Notes under the pieces: generated by a model
The model's database searches: none
Told to the model about the DNA's origin: nothing
Seen by the model: only the letters and a program-made list of their open reading frames with translations
Assembly (NCBI RefSeq): GCF_000981785.2
Contig: NZ_CP011304.1
Span: forward strand, 2,700,001-2,732,000
DNA length: 32,000 nucleotides
Direction: 5' to 3'
From: Microcystis aeruginosa NIES-2549
GTDB taxonomy: Bacteria; Cyanobacteriota; Cyanobacteriia; Cyanobacteriales; Microcystaceae
Part shown: positions 1 through 7,962 of the stretch, piece by piece
How positions within the stretch are numbered: position 1 is the first letter of the stretch
Layout: each line of letters begins with the position of its first letter
Program-made: the position numbers and the translations under genes

Positions 1-2
1 TC

Positions 3-872
3 GTTAAAATCGGCGTAACCTCTGGATTACAGCAACTCCTTGAACACGGCTTTTTCCACGCTGATCCCCATCCGGGTAATCTTTTCGCCACCTTTGATGG
101 TCGCATGGCCTATATCGATTTTGGCATGATGGATCAGTTAGAGGAGGAAACTAAAGAAACCCTCGCTAGTTGCGTCGTCGATTTAATTAACAAAGACTAC
201 GAAAACCTAGCCAGCAACTTTGTCAAACTGGGATTTTTAACCCCAGAAACCGATATAAAACCAATTATTCCGGCTCTAGAACGAGTTTTAGGCAATGCCA
301 TCGGTCAAAGAGTCGGTGACTTCAATTTCCGCACCATTACCGATGATTTCTCCGAATTGATGTACGAGTATCCCTTCCGGATTCCCGCCAAATTCGCCCT
401 GATTATTCGTTCCCTCGTCACCCAAGAAGGGGCAGCCCTCACCCTCGATCCTAACTTCAAAATCGTCCAAGTGGCCTATCCCTACGTCGCTAAACGTCTC
501 CTGACCGGGGAATCGCCCCAACTGCGCCGACGTTTATTGGATGTACTGTTCAAAGACGGTAAATTTCAGTGGCAACGCCTAGAAAACATGATTACAATGG
601 CTCGATCGGAAAGTAACTTCGATTTACTGCCCACAGCGCAATTAGGCATCACTTTTCTTCTCTCGGAAGAAGGTCGTTATCTGCGTCGTCAATTGCTATT
701 AGCTTTGACGGAAGATGACCGTCTCCACACGGCCGAAGTGCAACGTCTCTGGGGTTTAATTCAAGGAGAATTGCAACCGCGACGACTCTTGGATGTGGCC
801 ATGAGCGCTTTTCGGGAATTATCGGCCCAAGGTGTGGCCGCTGTCCTTCCGGGAGAAACCAGTTCGCGTTAA
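3..872 (+). CDS. ABC1/UbiB-family atypical protein kinase, C-terminal part (5' end outside the window)
   Basis: The frame of ORF 105..872 stays open back to nt 3. Nt 48-86 translate to GFFHADPHPGNLF, the ABC1/ADCK catalytic-loop signature, followed by AYIDFGMM (DFG-like). Confidence 0.85.
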   Translation, partial: VKIGVTSGLQQLLEHGFFHADPHPGNLFATFDGRMAYIDFGMMDQLEEETKETLASCVVDLINKDYENLASNFVKLGFLTPETDIKPIIPALERVLGNAIGQRVGDFNFRTITDDFSELMYEYPFRIPAKFALIIRSLVTQEGAALTLDPNFKIVQVAYPYVAKRLLTGESPQLRRRLLDVLFKDGKFQWQRLENMITMARSESNFDLLPTAQLGITFLLSEEGRYLRRQLLLALTEDDRLHTAEVQRLWGLIQGELQPRRLLDVAMSAFRELSAQGVAAVLPGETSSR

Positions 873-908
873 AGTGTTTAAGGTCAACATCGGTTAATCA
901 CTTTTTCT

Positions 909-1286
909 ATGGATTATTATTTTCTGCCCCAACCGCCCTATTTTCTGGTTGTTGCCGGTTTGTTTATCGGTATTACCTGCGGGGCCGCTTTTGAAGCTAG
1001 TCTCAAGCAAGTGGTTAACAATTGGTATAAAAACAAGGGTTCAGACGATCAAAATCTTTTAAAATCCAGTTCCTTACAAATTCCTTTTATTGGTATTTGT
1101 GTAGGAATCTGTCTTTTCCTTGCCTCGGGATTAGATATATTTATTCTCAATGGTTGGGTTGCCTACGCTATCTCTCTCCCGATGACTATCTTTATCGGTG
1201 GTTTGGTTTGGAGTCAGTTAGGGGAATTATTAGGCCAATTACAGCGCGGCGGTTCTAAAGAAATTGACCTCGATTATCGGGGATAA
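909..1286 (+). CDS. Hypothetical small membrane protein (about 3 hydrophobic helices)
   Basis: 125-aa ORF with hydrophobic segments (YFLVVAGLFIGITCGAAF, IPFIGICVGICLFLASGL, AISLPMTIFIGGLVW). No recognisable family. Confidence 0.5.
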   Translation: MDYYFLPQPPYFLVVAGLFIGITCGAAFEASLKQVVNNWYKNKGSDDQNLLKSSSLQIPFIGICVGICLFLASGLDIFILNGWVAYAISLPMTIFIGGLVWSQLGELLGQLQRGGSKEIDLDYRG

Positions 1287-1413
1287 TTGGGAGGCAGCAA
1301 ATATTTAGGACTAAGATCATCGGTGTTAGCAGATAGGAAAGAGCAACTTCCCCACAACTAACACCAAAACCCTAGTTATACCCAATTTACCAGCTATTTT
1401 GGCCCGCAATTAG

Positions 1414-2751
1414 ATGCAAAAACCTTTAGCATGGCATTGGCGATCGCTACCCCTGCATCAGCGCACCGGTTCCGAGGTTTTTGCCTGCTTATTCGCCCAA
1501 GATGCGATCGCTACCTTACTAGAAAGTCCCTATCCGGGTAATTCCCTCTCCCGTTACTCTCTTTGTGCTGGTTCCCCGCGTCAGCTTTGGACCCCCGCAC
1601 TGGGCGAAATTTTGCCCTTTTTAAGCAGTTTACTCCCCCAAACTCGATCGGATGTGCTTCCCGATCATCTTCCCTTCCATGGCGGTTGGTTGGGGTGGTT
1701 AGGCTACGATTTAGCTTGGGAAATAGAAAAATTACCCGACAGGAAAGCTGATACTCTCCCTTTTCCCGTCGCTTATTGGTATGAACCAGATAGTTTTGCC
1801 CTTCTCGATCACCAAGCACAAATTCTCTGGTTAGCTGCCACTAAACCCGAAGATTTAGATAAATACGAACAATCTTTAACCACTAACCCCGATTTTGAGT
1901 TCATCGATCCTCATCCCTCTCCCTTAATCTTTTATACTTCTCAACTCGACTACGAAAAAGCTGTTAAAAAAGCCTTAGATTATATCAGAAAAGGCGATAT
2001 TTTTCAAGCAAATTTATCCCTAAGATTTCAAAGCACAACTAAGGCAAAAGGATGGCAAATTTACCGCAGTTTACAACAGATAAACCCTTCTCCTTTTGCC
2101 AGTTATTGGCGCACACCTTGGGGCGAAATGATTAGTTGTTCTCCCGAAAGATTGGTAAAATTAGAAAGAGGAATAGCCAGCACTAGACCAATCGCTGGAA
2201 CCCGTCCCCGGGGTAAAACCGAGGCACTCGATCGACAATTGGCCGAGGAACTATTAACTAATAAAAAAGAGCGGGCCGAGCATATTATGCTAGTGGATCT
2301 AGAACGTAATGATCTAGGTAGAGTTTGTGAATGGGGATCGGTTTATGTTGATGAATTACTGACGATCGAGCGTTATAGTCACGTTATGCACTTGGTCAGT
2401 AATGTTCAAGGAAAATTAGATAAAAAGTATCATGCTATTGATTTAATTAAGGCTCTTTTCCCTGGGGGAACAATTACCGGTTGTCCGAAAGTTCGCTGTC
2501 TAGAAATTATCGAAGAATTGGAACCAGTGCGACGCAATTTATTCTATGGTTCCTGTGGCTATATTGACCTACGGGGTCATTTAGATTTAAATATTCTCAT
2601 CCGTACCCTATTAATGACTACTCAAGGGAATTTAAACACCGTTTGGGGACAGGTGGGAGCGGGAATAGTTGCCGATAGCGATCCCGAAAAAGAATGGTTA
2701 GAATCCCTTCATAAAGCTGAGGCACAATTAATCGCTTTACGTTCTTTTTAA
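1414..2751 (+). CDS. pabB: Chorismate-binding enzyme, aminodeoxychorismate synthase component I-like (PabB/TrpE family)
   Basis: Family motifs are present: SPERLV, PIAGTRPRG, ERAEHIMLVDLERNDLGRVC, FPGGTITGCPKVRCLEIIEELE, YGSCGYID. At 445 aa it lacks the long TrpE N-terminal regulatory region, which favours PabB. Confidence 0.7.
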   Translation: MQKPLAWHWRSLPLHQRTGSEVFACLFAQDAIATLLESPYPGNSLSRYSLCAGSPRQLWTPALGEILPFLSSLLPQTRSDVLPDHLPFHGGWLGWLGYDLAWEIEKLPDRKADTLPFPVAYWYEPDSFALLDHQAQILWLAATKPEDLDKYEQSLTTNPDFEFIDPHPSPLIFYTSQLDYEKAVKKALDYIRKGDIFQANLSLRFQSTTKAKGWQIYRSLQQINPSPFASYWRTPWGEMISCSPERLVKLERGIASTRPIAGTRPRGKTEALDRQLAEELLTNKKERAEHIMLVDLERNDLGRVCEWGSVYVDELLTIERYSHVMHLVSNVQGKLDKKYHAIDLIKALFPGGTITGCPKVRCLEIIEELEPVRRNLFYGSCGYIDLRGHLDLNILIRTLLMTTQGNLNTVWGQVGAGIVADSDPEKEWLESLHKAEAQLIALRSF

Positions 2752-2796
2752 TTTTTGATTTCAACAAACTAACCTATTGTTGCATCTTGCATGAGT

Positions 2797-2827
2797 GCCT
2801 TTTGCCTTTTGCCTTTTGCCTTTTGCC
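2797..2827. repeat. Heptamer tandem repeat (GCCTTTT)x4
   Basis: gccttttgccttttgccttttgccttttgcc is read directly downstream of the pabB-like stop. Confidence 0.9.
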
Positions 2828-2918
2828 TATCCTAACCAAGAAATTAATTTGGCACGACTACTTACTTTTTACCTTATCTGCTATTTTGTAGGATAGCTTC
2901 CGATCTTGAACCCTATTC

Positions 2919-3884
2919 ATGAATCAAATTTCTATCGCTGTTACTTTTTTTCTTAGTTTAGTCTTGACCTCGCTTCCCTTATTACTTTTGGGGACAGCCG
3001 TTTCCAGTTTTTTGCTAGTTTTCGTCAATAAACAGCGATTAGTGGCGATATTTCCCCGCAATCGACTGTTAGGAGCGATCGTTGGCAGTGCCATCGGATT
3101 AATCTTACCCGTCGGACAATACGGCACGATTCCCGTCGCTAGAAGATTTTTATTAGAGGGAGTACCCCCAGGGGTGGTGTTTAGCTTTCTCACCGCTGCA
3201 CCTACCCTAAATATCGTCACTCTTTGGCTAACTTGGCAGACTTTCACCTATTCTAGTATTTTCTTCTATCGATCGCTTTCGGTCTGGTTAATGGCAATTT
3301 TTATCGGCACTCTCTTTAGTTTCTACCGGGAAAAACCCCGCACCGATAGCGAAATTCCCCTGGAATCGAGTTTAGTTCTTTCCGGGAGTTTTTTACCGGA
3401 GGAAGCAGCCAGTCAACCCCTGCAAAGAGTCGGCAGTCTTGTTTATGAGTATAAAACTAGAGATAGGCAAGCTTGGCCGATTTCTGTGCAGTTATTTCTC
3501 GATAACTTTATCGATGAAGCACTGGAATTAGGGGGATTATTAATTATAGGCTGTGCAATCGCTAGTGTCTTTCAGCTATTATTACCTCAGAGTCAATTAA
3601 TTGCCTGGGGGAATACTCCCGTTACTCAAATTCTCGTGCAGTTGTTCTTTGGTTTCACCCTCGCTGTTAATGCCAGTCTTAGCACTTTTGTCCCCGGTTC
3701 TTTAATTACTAATCTGTCCGTGGGTTCCACTCTAGCTTTTTTACTGATCGCTTCCCTCATTGATATTAAAGCTTTTATCCTCCTCCTATCAGCTTTCCGT
3801 GCTAAAATCGTCCTTTATTTCGGAATTTTATGGCTGTTAATGACTTTTTTAGTGGCTCTGATCCTCGGTTTTTATCTAGGTTGA
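2919..3884 (+). CDS. Polytopic membrane permease (COG0701/DUF318-like predicted permease)
   Basis: 321 aa with about 8 hydrophobic helices in two halves joined by a hydrophilic linker. This resembles the two-repeat 'predicted permease' family. The family assignment is by recollection only. Confidence 0.6.
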   Translation: MNQISIAVTFFLSLVLTSLPLLLLGTAVSSFLLVFVNKQRLVAIFPRNRLLGAIVGSAIGLILPVGQYGTIPVARRFLLEGVPPGVVFSFLTAAPTLNIVTLWLTWQTFTYSSIFFYRSLSVWLMAIFIGTLFSFYREKPRTDSEIPLESSLVLSGSFLPEEAASQPLQRVGSLVYEYKTRDRQAWPISVQLFLDNFIDEALELGGLLIIGCAIASVFQLLLPQSQLIAWGNTPVTQILVQLFFGFTLAVNASLSTFVPGSLITNLSVGSTLAFLLIASLIDIKAFILLLSAFRAKIVLYFGILWLLMTFLVALILGFYLG

Positions 3885-3896
3885 ATTCCTTCCGGG

Positions 3897-4060
3897 TCAG
3901 AAAATTTTTCTCTTGACAAAAGCCCCTTGACATGATATTATATTCATAATGGAAAATCCGTGCGCCTACAAGCCCTATTTTCCCAAGCATTTAAACTCTA
4001 ACTCATCTTGATTCTGCTTGCCCGAGTTGCCGGAACATAGTTTTATAGTTCTCACTCCAC
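3897..4060 (+). repeat. Copy 1 of a ~140-160-bp direct repeat carrying a consensus sigma70-type promoter (TTGACA-17-TATTAT)
   Basis: Near-identical to 5884-6035. The -35 TTGACA is at 3913-3918, the spacer is 17 nt, and the -10 TATTAT is at 3936-3941. Confidence 0.85.
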
Positions 4061-4076
4061 CCACCTACTGAGAGGT

Positions 4077-4325
4077 TCAATAAGCATCTTTTCGATGAAT
4101 ACTACTCAATATGATAATCAGCATTTCTTGATCTTGAATTTTGTAAATGATGCGATAATCTCCTATTCTAATTCGGTAGGTTTCATCATATCCTTTGAGT
4201 TTCTTGACTCCGCTAGGACGAGGTGTATCGGTAAGTAGTCTAATGGCAGTAATTAAGCGTTCGCGTTGTTGTTTGGGTAAGTTGTTTAGTTGTTTTTGAA
4301 CTGGTTTCGGAATAGACCTCTCCAT
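4077..4325 (-). CDS. RelE/ParE-family toxin, 5' end replaced by an IS insertion (chimeric start codon lies inside the IS terminal repeat)
   Basis: KPVQKQLNNLPKQQRERLITAIRLL...PRPSGVKKLKGYDETYRIRIGDYRIIYKI...IHRKDAY is a typical RelE/ParE layout. Codons 1-4 (ATG GAG AGG TCT) lie within the IS terminal repeat 4314-4324. Confidence 0.8.
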   Translation of the reverse strand: MERSIPKPVQKQLNNLPKQQRERLITAIRLLTDTPRPSGVKKLKGYDETYRIRIGDYRIIYKIQDQEMLIIILSSIHRKDAY

Positions 4326-5459
4326 AATTTAATTAAATCACAATATATAGGATATAATAAAACAAATAGTAACTCAAAAAAGCCATGAAAAACTACACTT
4401 GGGAATACATTCAAAAATATCCGAAACAAACTAAAAGACTATTAGGAATTGACTACCAACAACTAGAACAACTGATGGCACTTGGAAAACTTATACATCG
4501 GAAAAACCAATCAGAAATCGAAAAAACCAAAATTAGGATTAATCAACCAGGAAGCGGAACACCTCCTAAATTATCAGAAGAGGAACAAATTGTTCTAATG
4601 TTGGTTTATTTAAGACATCATCTAAGCTTTCAAATCTTAGGACTAATATTTCAAGTGAGTGAATCAACGGCTCATAATATCTTTACCTATTGGCAAAAAC
4701 TTTTTGAAGGAGAGTTACCGCCAAGTTTGTTAGAACAAATAAAGAAGTGCCAAGAAGAGGAAATAATAATTGAACAATTAAGGGATTATGAGTTGATTGT
4801 CGATAGCGCAGAACAGCCCGTGGAGAGGCCGACCGATTATCAAGAACAAAAAATATATTATTCGGGAAAGCAAAAAAGACATACTTTAAAAAGTCAATTT
4901 ATTGTCTTGCCAAAAGCTGAAGATATTGTTGATGTAGTTATTGGTCAACCTGGTCCGACGAGCGACATAAAAATCTGTCGGCAAACTTTAAGCAAATTCG
5001 ATTCTCAACAAACTTTTATTGGAGATAAAGCTTACCTAGGAGAAAATCAAATCAGAACTCCTGATAAAAAACCTAAGAATGGAGAATTAACCGAGAATCA
5101 AATTAAAGAAAATAAAGTTTTATCATCTCGGCGAATTTTTGTTGAGCATTTAATTCGAGTTGTCAAAGTATTTAAAGTAGTTCAAGAAAGATTTAGATTA
5201 AATAAAAGTCGATATAAATCGGTTTTACTGACCGTTTGTGGCTTAGTAAGGTTGAGAATTAGTGCGCTAATTTTAGAAGTAATAGAAGGGGAGCAATCAG
5301 GGGAAGTAATTGACGTTATAATTAGCCATAGTTTTCCGTCAAAATTGGATTTTGTCTCTTCAAACCCTGATTAATCGGTTTTGAGAGCTAATTTTGACTC
5401 TTGGTCTAATCTGCCTCTCTTCCTTGCTGTGACTGACTTATAAATTTTTGGAGAGGTCT
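4314..5459 (+). mobile_element. IS element, 1146 bp, IS5-superfamily/PIF-Harbinger-like (DDE_Tnp_4-type) with a 3-bp AAT target-site duplication
   Basis: An 11-bp perfect terminal inverted repeat (AGACCTCTCCA at 4314-4324; TGGAGAGGTCT at 5449-5459) extends into imperfect AT-rich matches. AAT is at 4311-4313 and 5460-5462. There is a single transposase ORF inside. Confidence 0.85.
4385..5374 (+). CDS. DDE transposase (N-terminal HTH plus DDE_Tnp_4-like catalytic domain)
   Basis: Candidate catalytic residues lie in LIVDSAEQP, FIGDKAY and FVEHLI. YYSGKQKRHTLK is typical of PIF/Harbinger-like IS5-superfamily transposases. Confidence 0.8.
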   Translation: MKNYTWEYIQKYPKQTKRLLGIDYQQLEQLMALGKLIHRKNQSEIEKTKIRINQPGSGTPPKLSEEEQIVLMLVYLRHHLSFQILGLIFQVSESTAHNIFTYWQKLFEGELPPSLLEQIKKCQEEEIIIEQLRDYELIVDSAEQPVERPTDYQEQKIYYSGKQKRHTLKSQFIVLPKAEDIVDVVIGQPGPTSDIKICRQTLSKFDSQQTFIGDKAYLGENQIRTPDKKPKNGELTENQIKENKVLSSRRIFVEHLIRVVKVFKVVQERFRLNKSRYKSVLLTVCGLVRLRISALILEVIEGEQSGEVIDVIISHSFPSKLDFVSSNPD

Positions 5460-5476
5460 AATAATAACTCTGTAGT

Positions 5477-5686
5477 TCACGCTTGAGTTGCCTCATATTC
5501 TTCGAGGGTTAGATAGTCTCCTGCTTGATAAGCTGATTCAGAAGCGATTATGTTAGCTTGCTCTTCTTCTGTAATTTCTATTTCAGTATGTCTTTCTTTG
5601 ATAAAGAGCAAAAAGTCAAGTAATTCAGTCAAAAGGGTGTCAGGTGTCTGCTCGATTTCTTTAATTAGTTGTTCTTTGAGTGTCAT
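5477..5686 (-). CDS. Small acidic antitoxin-like protein, ancestral partner of the RelE/ParE toxin now 1.15 kb away
   Basis: 69 aa, Glu-rich. Its TGA stop (5479-5477) overlaps a GTG (5480-5478) that opens the reconstructed toxin reading frame (GTGA coupling). Confidence 0.65.
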   Translation of the reverse strand: MTLKEQLIKEIEQTPDTLLTELLDFLLFIKERHTEIEITEEEQANIIASESAYQAGDYLTLEEYEATQA

Positions 5687-5820
5687 AGCTTTATCAGTAA
5701 TCAGTTATCAGTTATCAGTTATCAGTGAGCAGTAATCAGTTATCAGCGATTAATTCAATCATAGTCCATCATTCAATCATTCCAATCATAGTCGATGATT
5801 GGTGGTGGGTTACTGGACTA

Positions 5821-5861
5821 GGTAATAGGTGTAGGGGTAATTCATGAATTACCCCTACAAT
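5821..5861. repeat. Palindromic repeat GGTAATAGGTGTAGGGGTAATTCATGAATTACCCCTACAAT
   Basis: Contains a perfect 28-bp palindrome, gtaggggtaattcatgaattacccctac. A second copy lies at 11786-11826. Confidence 0.9.
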
Positions 5862-5883
5862 CGGCTAGGTTTTTCTGGATTTT

Positions 5884-6035
5884 GTCAAATTTTCTCTTGA
5901 CAAAAGCCCCTTGACATGATATTATATTCATAATGGAAAATCCGTGCGCCTGCGAACCCTATTTTCCCAAGCATTTAAACTCTATCTTGATTCTGCTTGC
6001 CGGAGTTGCCAGAATATACTCCTATAATTCTCCAT
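5884..6035 (+). repeat. Copy 2 of the promoter-bearing direct repeat
   Basis: -35 TTGACA is at 5897-5902 and -10 TATTAT at 5920-5925. It differs from copy 1 by a few substitutions (tacaag vs tgcgaa) and a 5-bp indel. Confidence 0.85.
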
Positions 6036-6195
6036 AAGGTTGACCTGGAATAGTCTTCTGATAATATATCCAAAAGTCCCTATAATATCAAATCCGTCGC
6101 TTTTTATTGAAGTTATCTAAAGCGGGAAAAATCCCTTTTATGTAGTCTATGATACTGTTTTTTGGATTGAGATCGTCTAAGGTCAAGGAAATTGC

Positions 6196-6320
6196 TTCTA
6201 GGGTTCCGATTTAAACTTCTTTAAATGTCAGGTCCGAGAGGAGCAAGCTAGTCTTAAATGAGCGGATCAAACATTTTTTCCGTCTAAGCTGGCTACACGG
6301 CGGGATAAAAGCCCGGGAGA
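6196..6320 (+). promoter_or_regulatory. Guanidine-I riboswitch aptamer (ykkC-yxkD class)
   Basis: All three conserved blocks are present in the right order: CTAGGGTTCCG (6198-6208), GGTCCGAGAG (6231-6240) and ACACGGCGGGATAAAAGCCCGGGAGA (6295-6320). Confidence 0.9.
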
Positions 6321-6378
6321 CTTTAAGGATAACTGTTTTGAGGCAGTGTCTTTGAAGACTCCCGGGTTATTGTATTTT
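6312..6378 (+). terminator. Riboswitch expression platform: intrinsic terminator whose 5' arm overlaps the aptamer 3' end
   Basis: CCCGGGAG (6312-6319) pairs with CTCCCGGG (6359-6366). The stem extends to about 18 bp with one mismatch and is followed by TTATTGTATTTT (6367-6378). Confidence 0.75.
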
Positions 6379-6386
6379 GAGGTAAA

Positions 6387-7568
6387 ATGATGTCCGAGGA
6401 ATCTACTTTTCAACCCCCGCATTCAACCGAAGCTGAACAGGCCCTAGAAAAAGAACGCCATTTGCCCCTAACCGGTTGGCAACAGGAAGTTTCCCAGGGG
6501 TTAACCTACGGTTTAGAGGCGGCCGATAGTATTCGCGATCGCAGTATTCCCACCTTTTCCAGGGGTGAGTTACCCCACTATGCGGGAATTAACACCTTTA
6601 TGAAGGCCCCCTATTTGGAAGATGTGCGGAATGTGGGCAATTATGACGTGGCAATCGTCGGTGTTCCCCATGATTCGGGGACAACTTACCGACCCGGAAC
6701 TCGTTTTGGTCCCCAGGGAATTCGGCGGATTTCGGCCCTTTATACGCCCTACAATTTTGAATTAGGAGTAGATCTGCGGGAACAAATTACTCTCTGTGAT
6801 CTGGGGGATATTTTCACCATTCCTGCTAATAACGAAAAGTCCTTTGATCAAATCTCTAAGGGGGTTGCCCATGTCTTTAGTTCCGGCGCCTTGCCGATTA
6901 TTTTAGGGGGTGATCATTCCATTGGTTTTCCGACAGTGCGGGGTATTTGTCGGCATTTAGGGGATAAAAAAGTCGGTATTATTCACTTTGATCGCCATGT
7001 GGATACCCAGGAAACAGATTTAGATGAACGGATGCACACTTGCCCCTGGTTTCATGCCACCAATATGAAAAATGCTCCTGCTAAAAATCTCGTCCAATTA
7101 GGGATTGGCGGTTGGCAAGTTCCCCGTCAAGGTGTTAAAGTTTGCCGCGAGCGGGCCACTAATATTTTGACCGTCACCGACATTGTAGAACGAGGCATTG
7201 ATGCGGCCGCCGAATTTGCCTTAGAACGAGCTTTAGATGGCACGGATTGCGTTTGGATTAGTTTCGATATTGATTGCATTGATGCCGGTTTTGTCCCCGG
7301 TACAGGTTGGCCAGAACCTGGCGGTTTATTACCCCGTGAAGCCTTAGCTTTATTAGGTAAAATTATCCAAAAAGCTCCCATTTGTGGTATGGAAGTGGTG
7401 GAAGTTTCCCCTCCCTACGATATTAGTGATATGACCTCTTTGATGGCTACCCGTGTTATTTGTGATGCCATGGCCCATCTGGTTATTTCAGGTCAATTAC
7501 CGCGTAAAGAAAAGCCCTATTATATTCATCCTGAAGCCAATCTGGCCGTTGACGAACCTTGGCAGTAA
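6387..7568 (+). CDS. gdmH: Agmatinase/ureohydrolase-family enzyme, probable Ni-dependent guanidine hydrolase (GdmH-like)
   Basis: Ureohydrolase metal-ligand motifs are present: GGDHSIGFP, HFDRHVDT, SFDIDCIDAGFVPG. It sits directly behind a guanidine-I riboswitch and ahead of hypA/hypB-type genes. Confidence 0.8.
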   Translation: MMSEESTFQPPHSTEAEQALEKERHLPLTGWQQEVSQGLTYGLEAADSIRDRSIPTFSRGELPHYAGINTFMKAPYLEDVRNVGNYDVAIVGVPHDSGTTYRPGTRFGPQGIRRISALYTPYNFELGVDLREQITLCDLGDIFTIPANNEKSFDQISKGVAHVFSSGALPIILGGDHSIGFPTVRGICRHLGDKKVGIIHFDRHVDTQETDLDERMHTCPWFHATNMKNAPAKNLVQLGIGGWQVPRQGVKVCRERATNILTVTDIVERGIDAAAEFALERALDGTDCVWISFDIDCIDAGFVPGTGWPEPGGLLPREALALLGKIIQKAPICGMEVVEVSPPYDISDMTSLMATRVICDAMAHLVISGQLPRKEKPYYIHPEANLAVDEPWQ

Positions 7569-7574
7569 TTTCCT

Positions 7575-7931
7575 ATGCACGAAACTGATATGACCAAGGC
7601 GTTAATTATGACAGTTCGAGATTGGTATGATAGCCAACCTGAAAAGCTCAAAATTGAAAAAATTCATCTCATGGTTGGTGAATTTACCTGTGTCGAACCG
7701 GTCAGTTTACAATTTGCCTTTGAAGTTCAAACTGATAATACTTTTCTTGCTGGTGTGGAATTAGCGATTAAAAATATTCCCCTAATTGCTTATTGTCATT
7801 GCTGCCAAAAGGATTATAAACCCCAAATTGGCCAGCAATATTCCTGCCCAACTTGTCGATCACCGATGGAGGATATTCGTTCAGGTCGAGAGTTAAAAAT
7901 TGATCACATTGAATATTCTTTAGATTCTTAA
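7575..7931 (+). CDS. hypA: HypA-type nickel metallochaperone (GhaA-like accessory protein)
   Basis: Starts MHE, the HypA nickel-binding N-terminus. It has a zinc-ribbon pair, CHCC...CPTC. 118 aa. Confidence 0.85.
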   Translation: MHETDMTKALIMTVRDWYDSQPEKLKIEKIHLMVGEFTCVEPVSLQFAFEVQTDNTFLAGVELAIKNIPLIAYCHCCQKDYKPQIGQQYSCPTCRSPMEDIRSGRELKIDHIEYSLDS

Positions 7932-7962
7932 ACAAAGTTGGGCGATCGCTTCTACAAGTTCG

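Noticed and set aside
288-3247. ORFs 288..521(-), 1511..1819(-), 1563..1751(+) and 2924..3247(-)
   Set aside because: Each lies inside a longer ORF that has clear family motifs (ABC1 kinase, PabB-like, permease). None has recognisable features.
3802-3990. 62-aa minus-strand ORF spanning the permease 3' end and repeat copy 1; also 5550..5735(+), 9160..9429(+), 8944..9150(-), 13607..13828(-), 13881..14156(+), 15710..15919(-), 17148..17339(-), 22483..22698(-), 24454..24654(+), 24928..25137(+) and 27239..27559(+)
   Set aside because: All overlap better-supported genes or repeats in another frame or on the other strand, and none has recognisable motifs.
3949-6037. Leaderless micro-ORFs in the two promoter repeats (MENPCAYKPYFPKHLNSNSS, 3949-4011; a 34-aa version at 5933-6037), considered as a possible small peptide or RiPP precursor
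   Set aside because: A 5-bp indel between the copies shifts the frame after codon 17, so the peptide is not conserved. No modification-enzyme genes are nearby.
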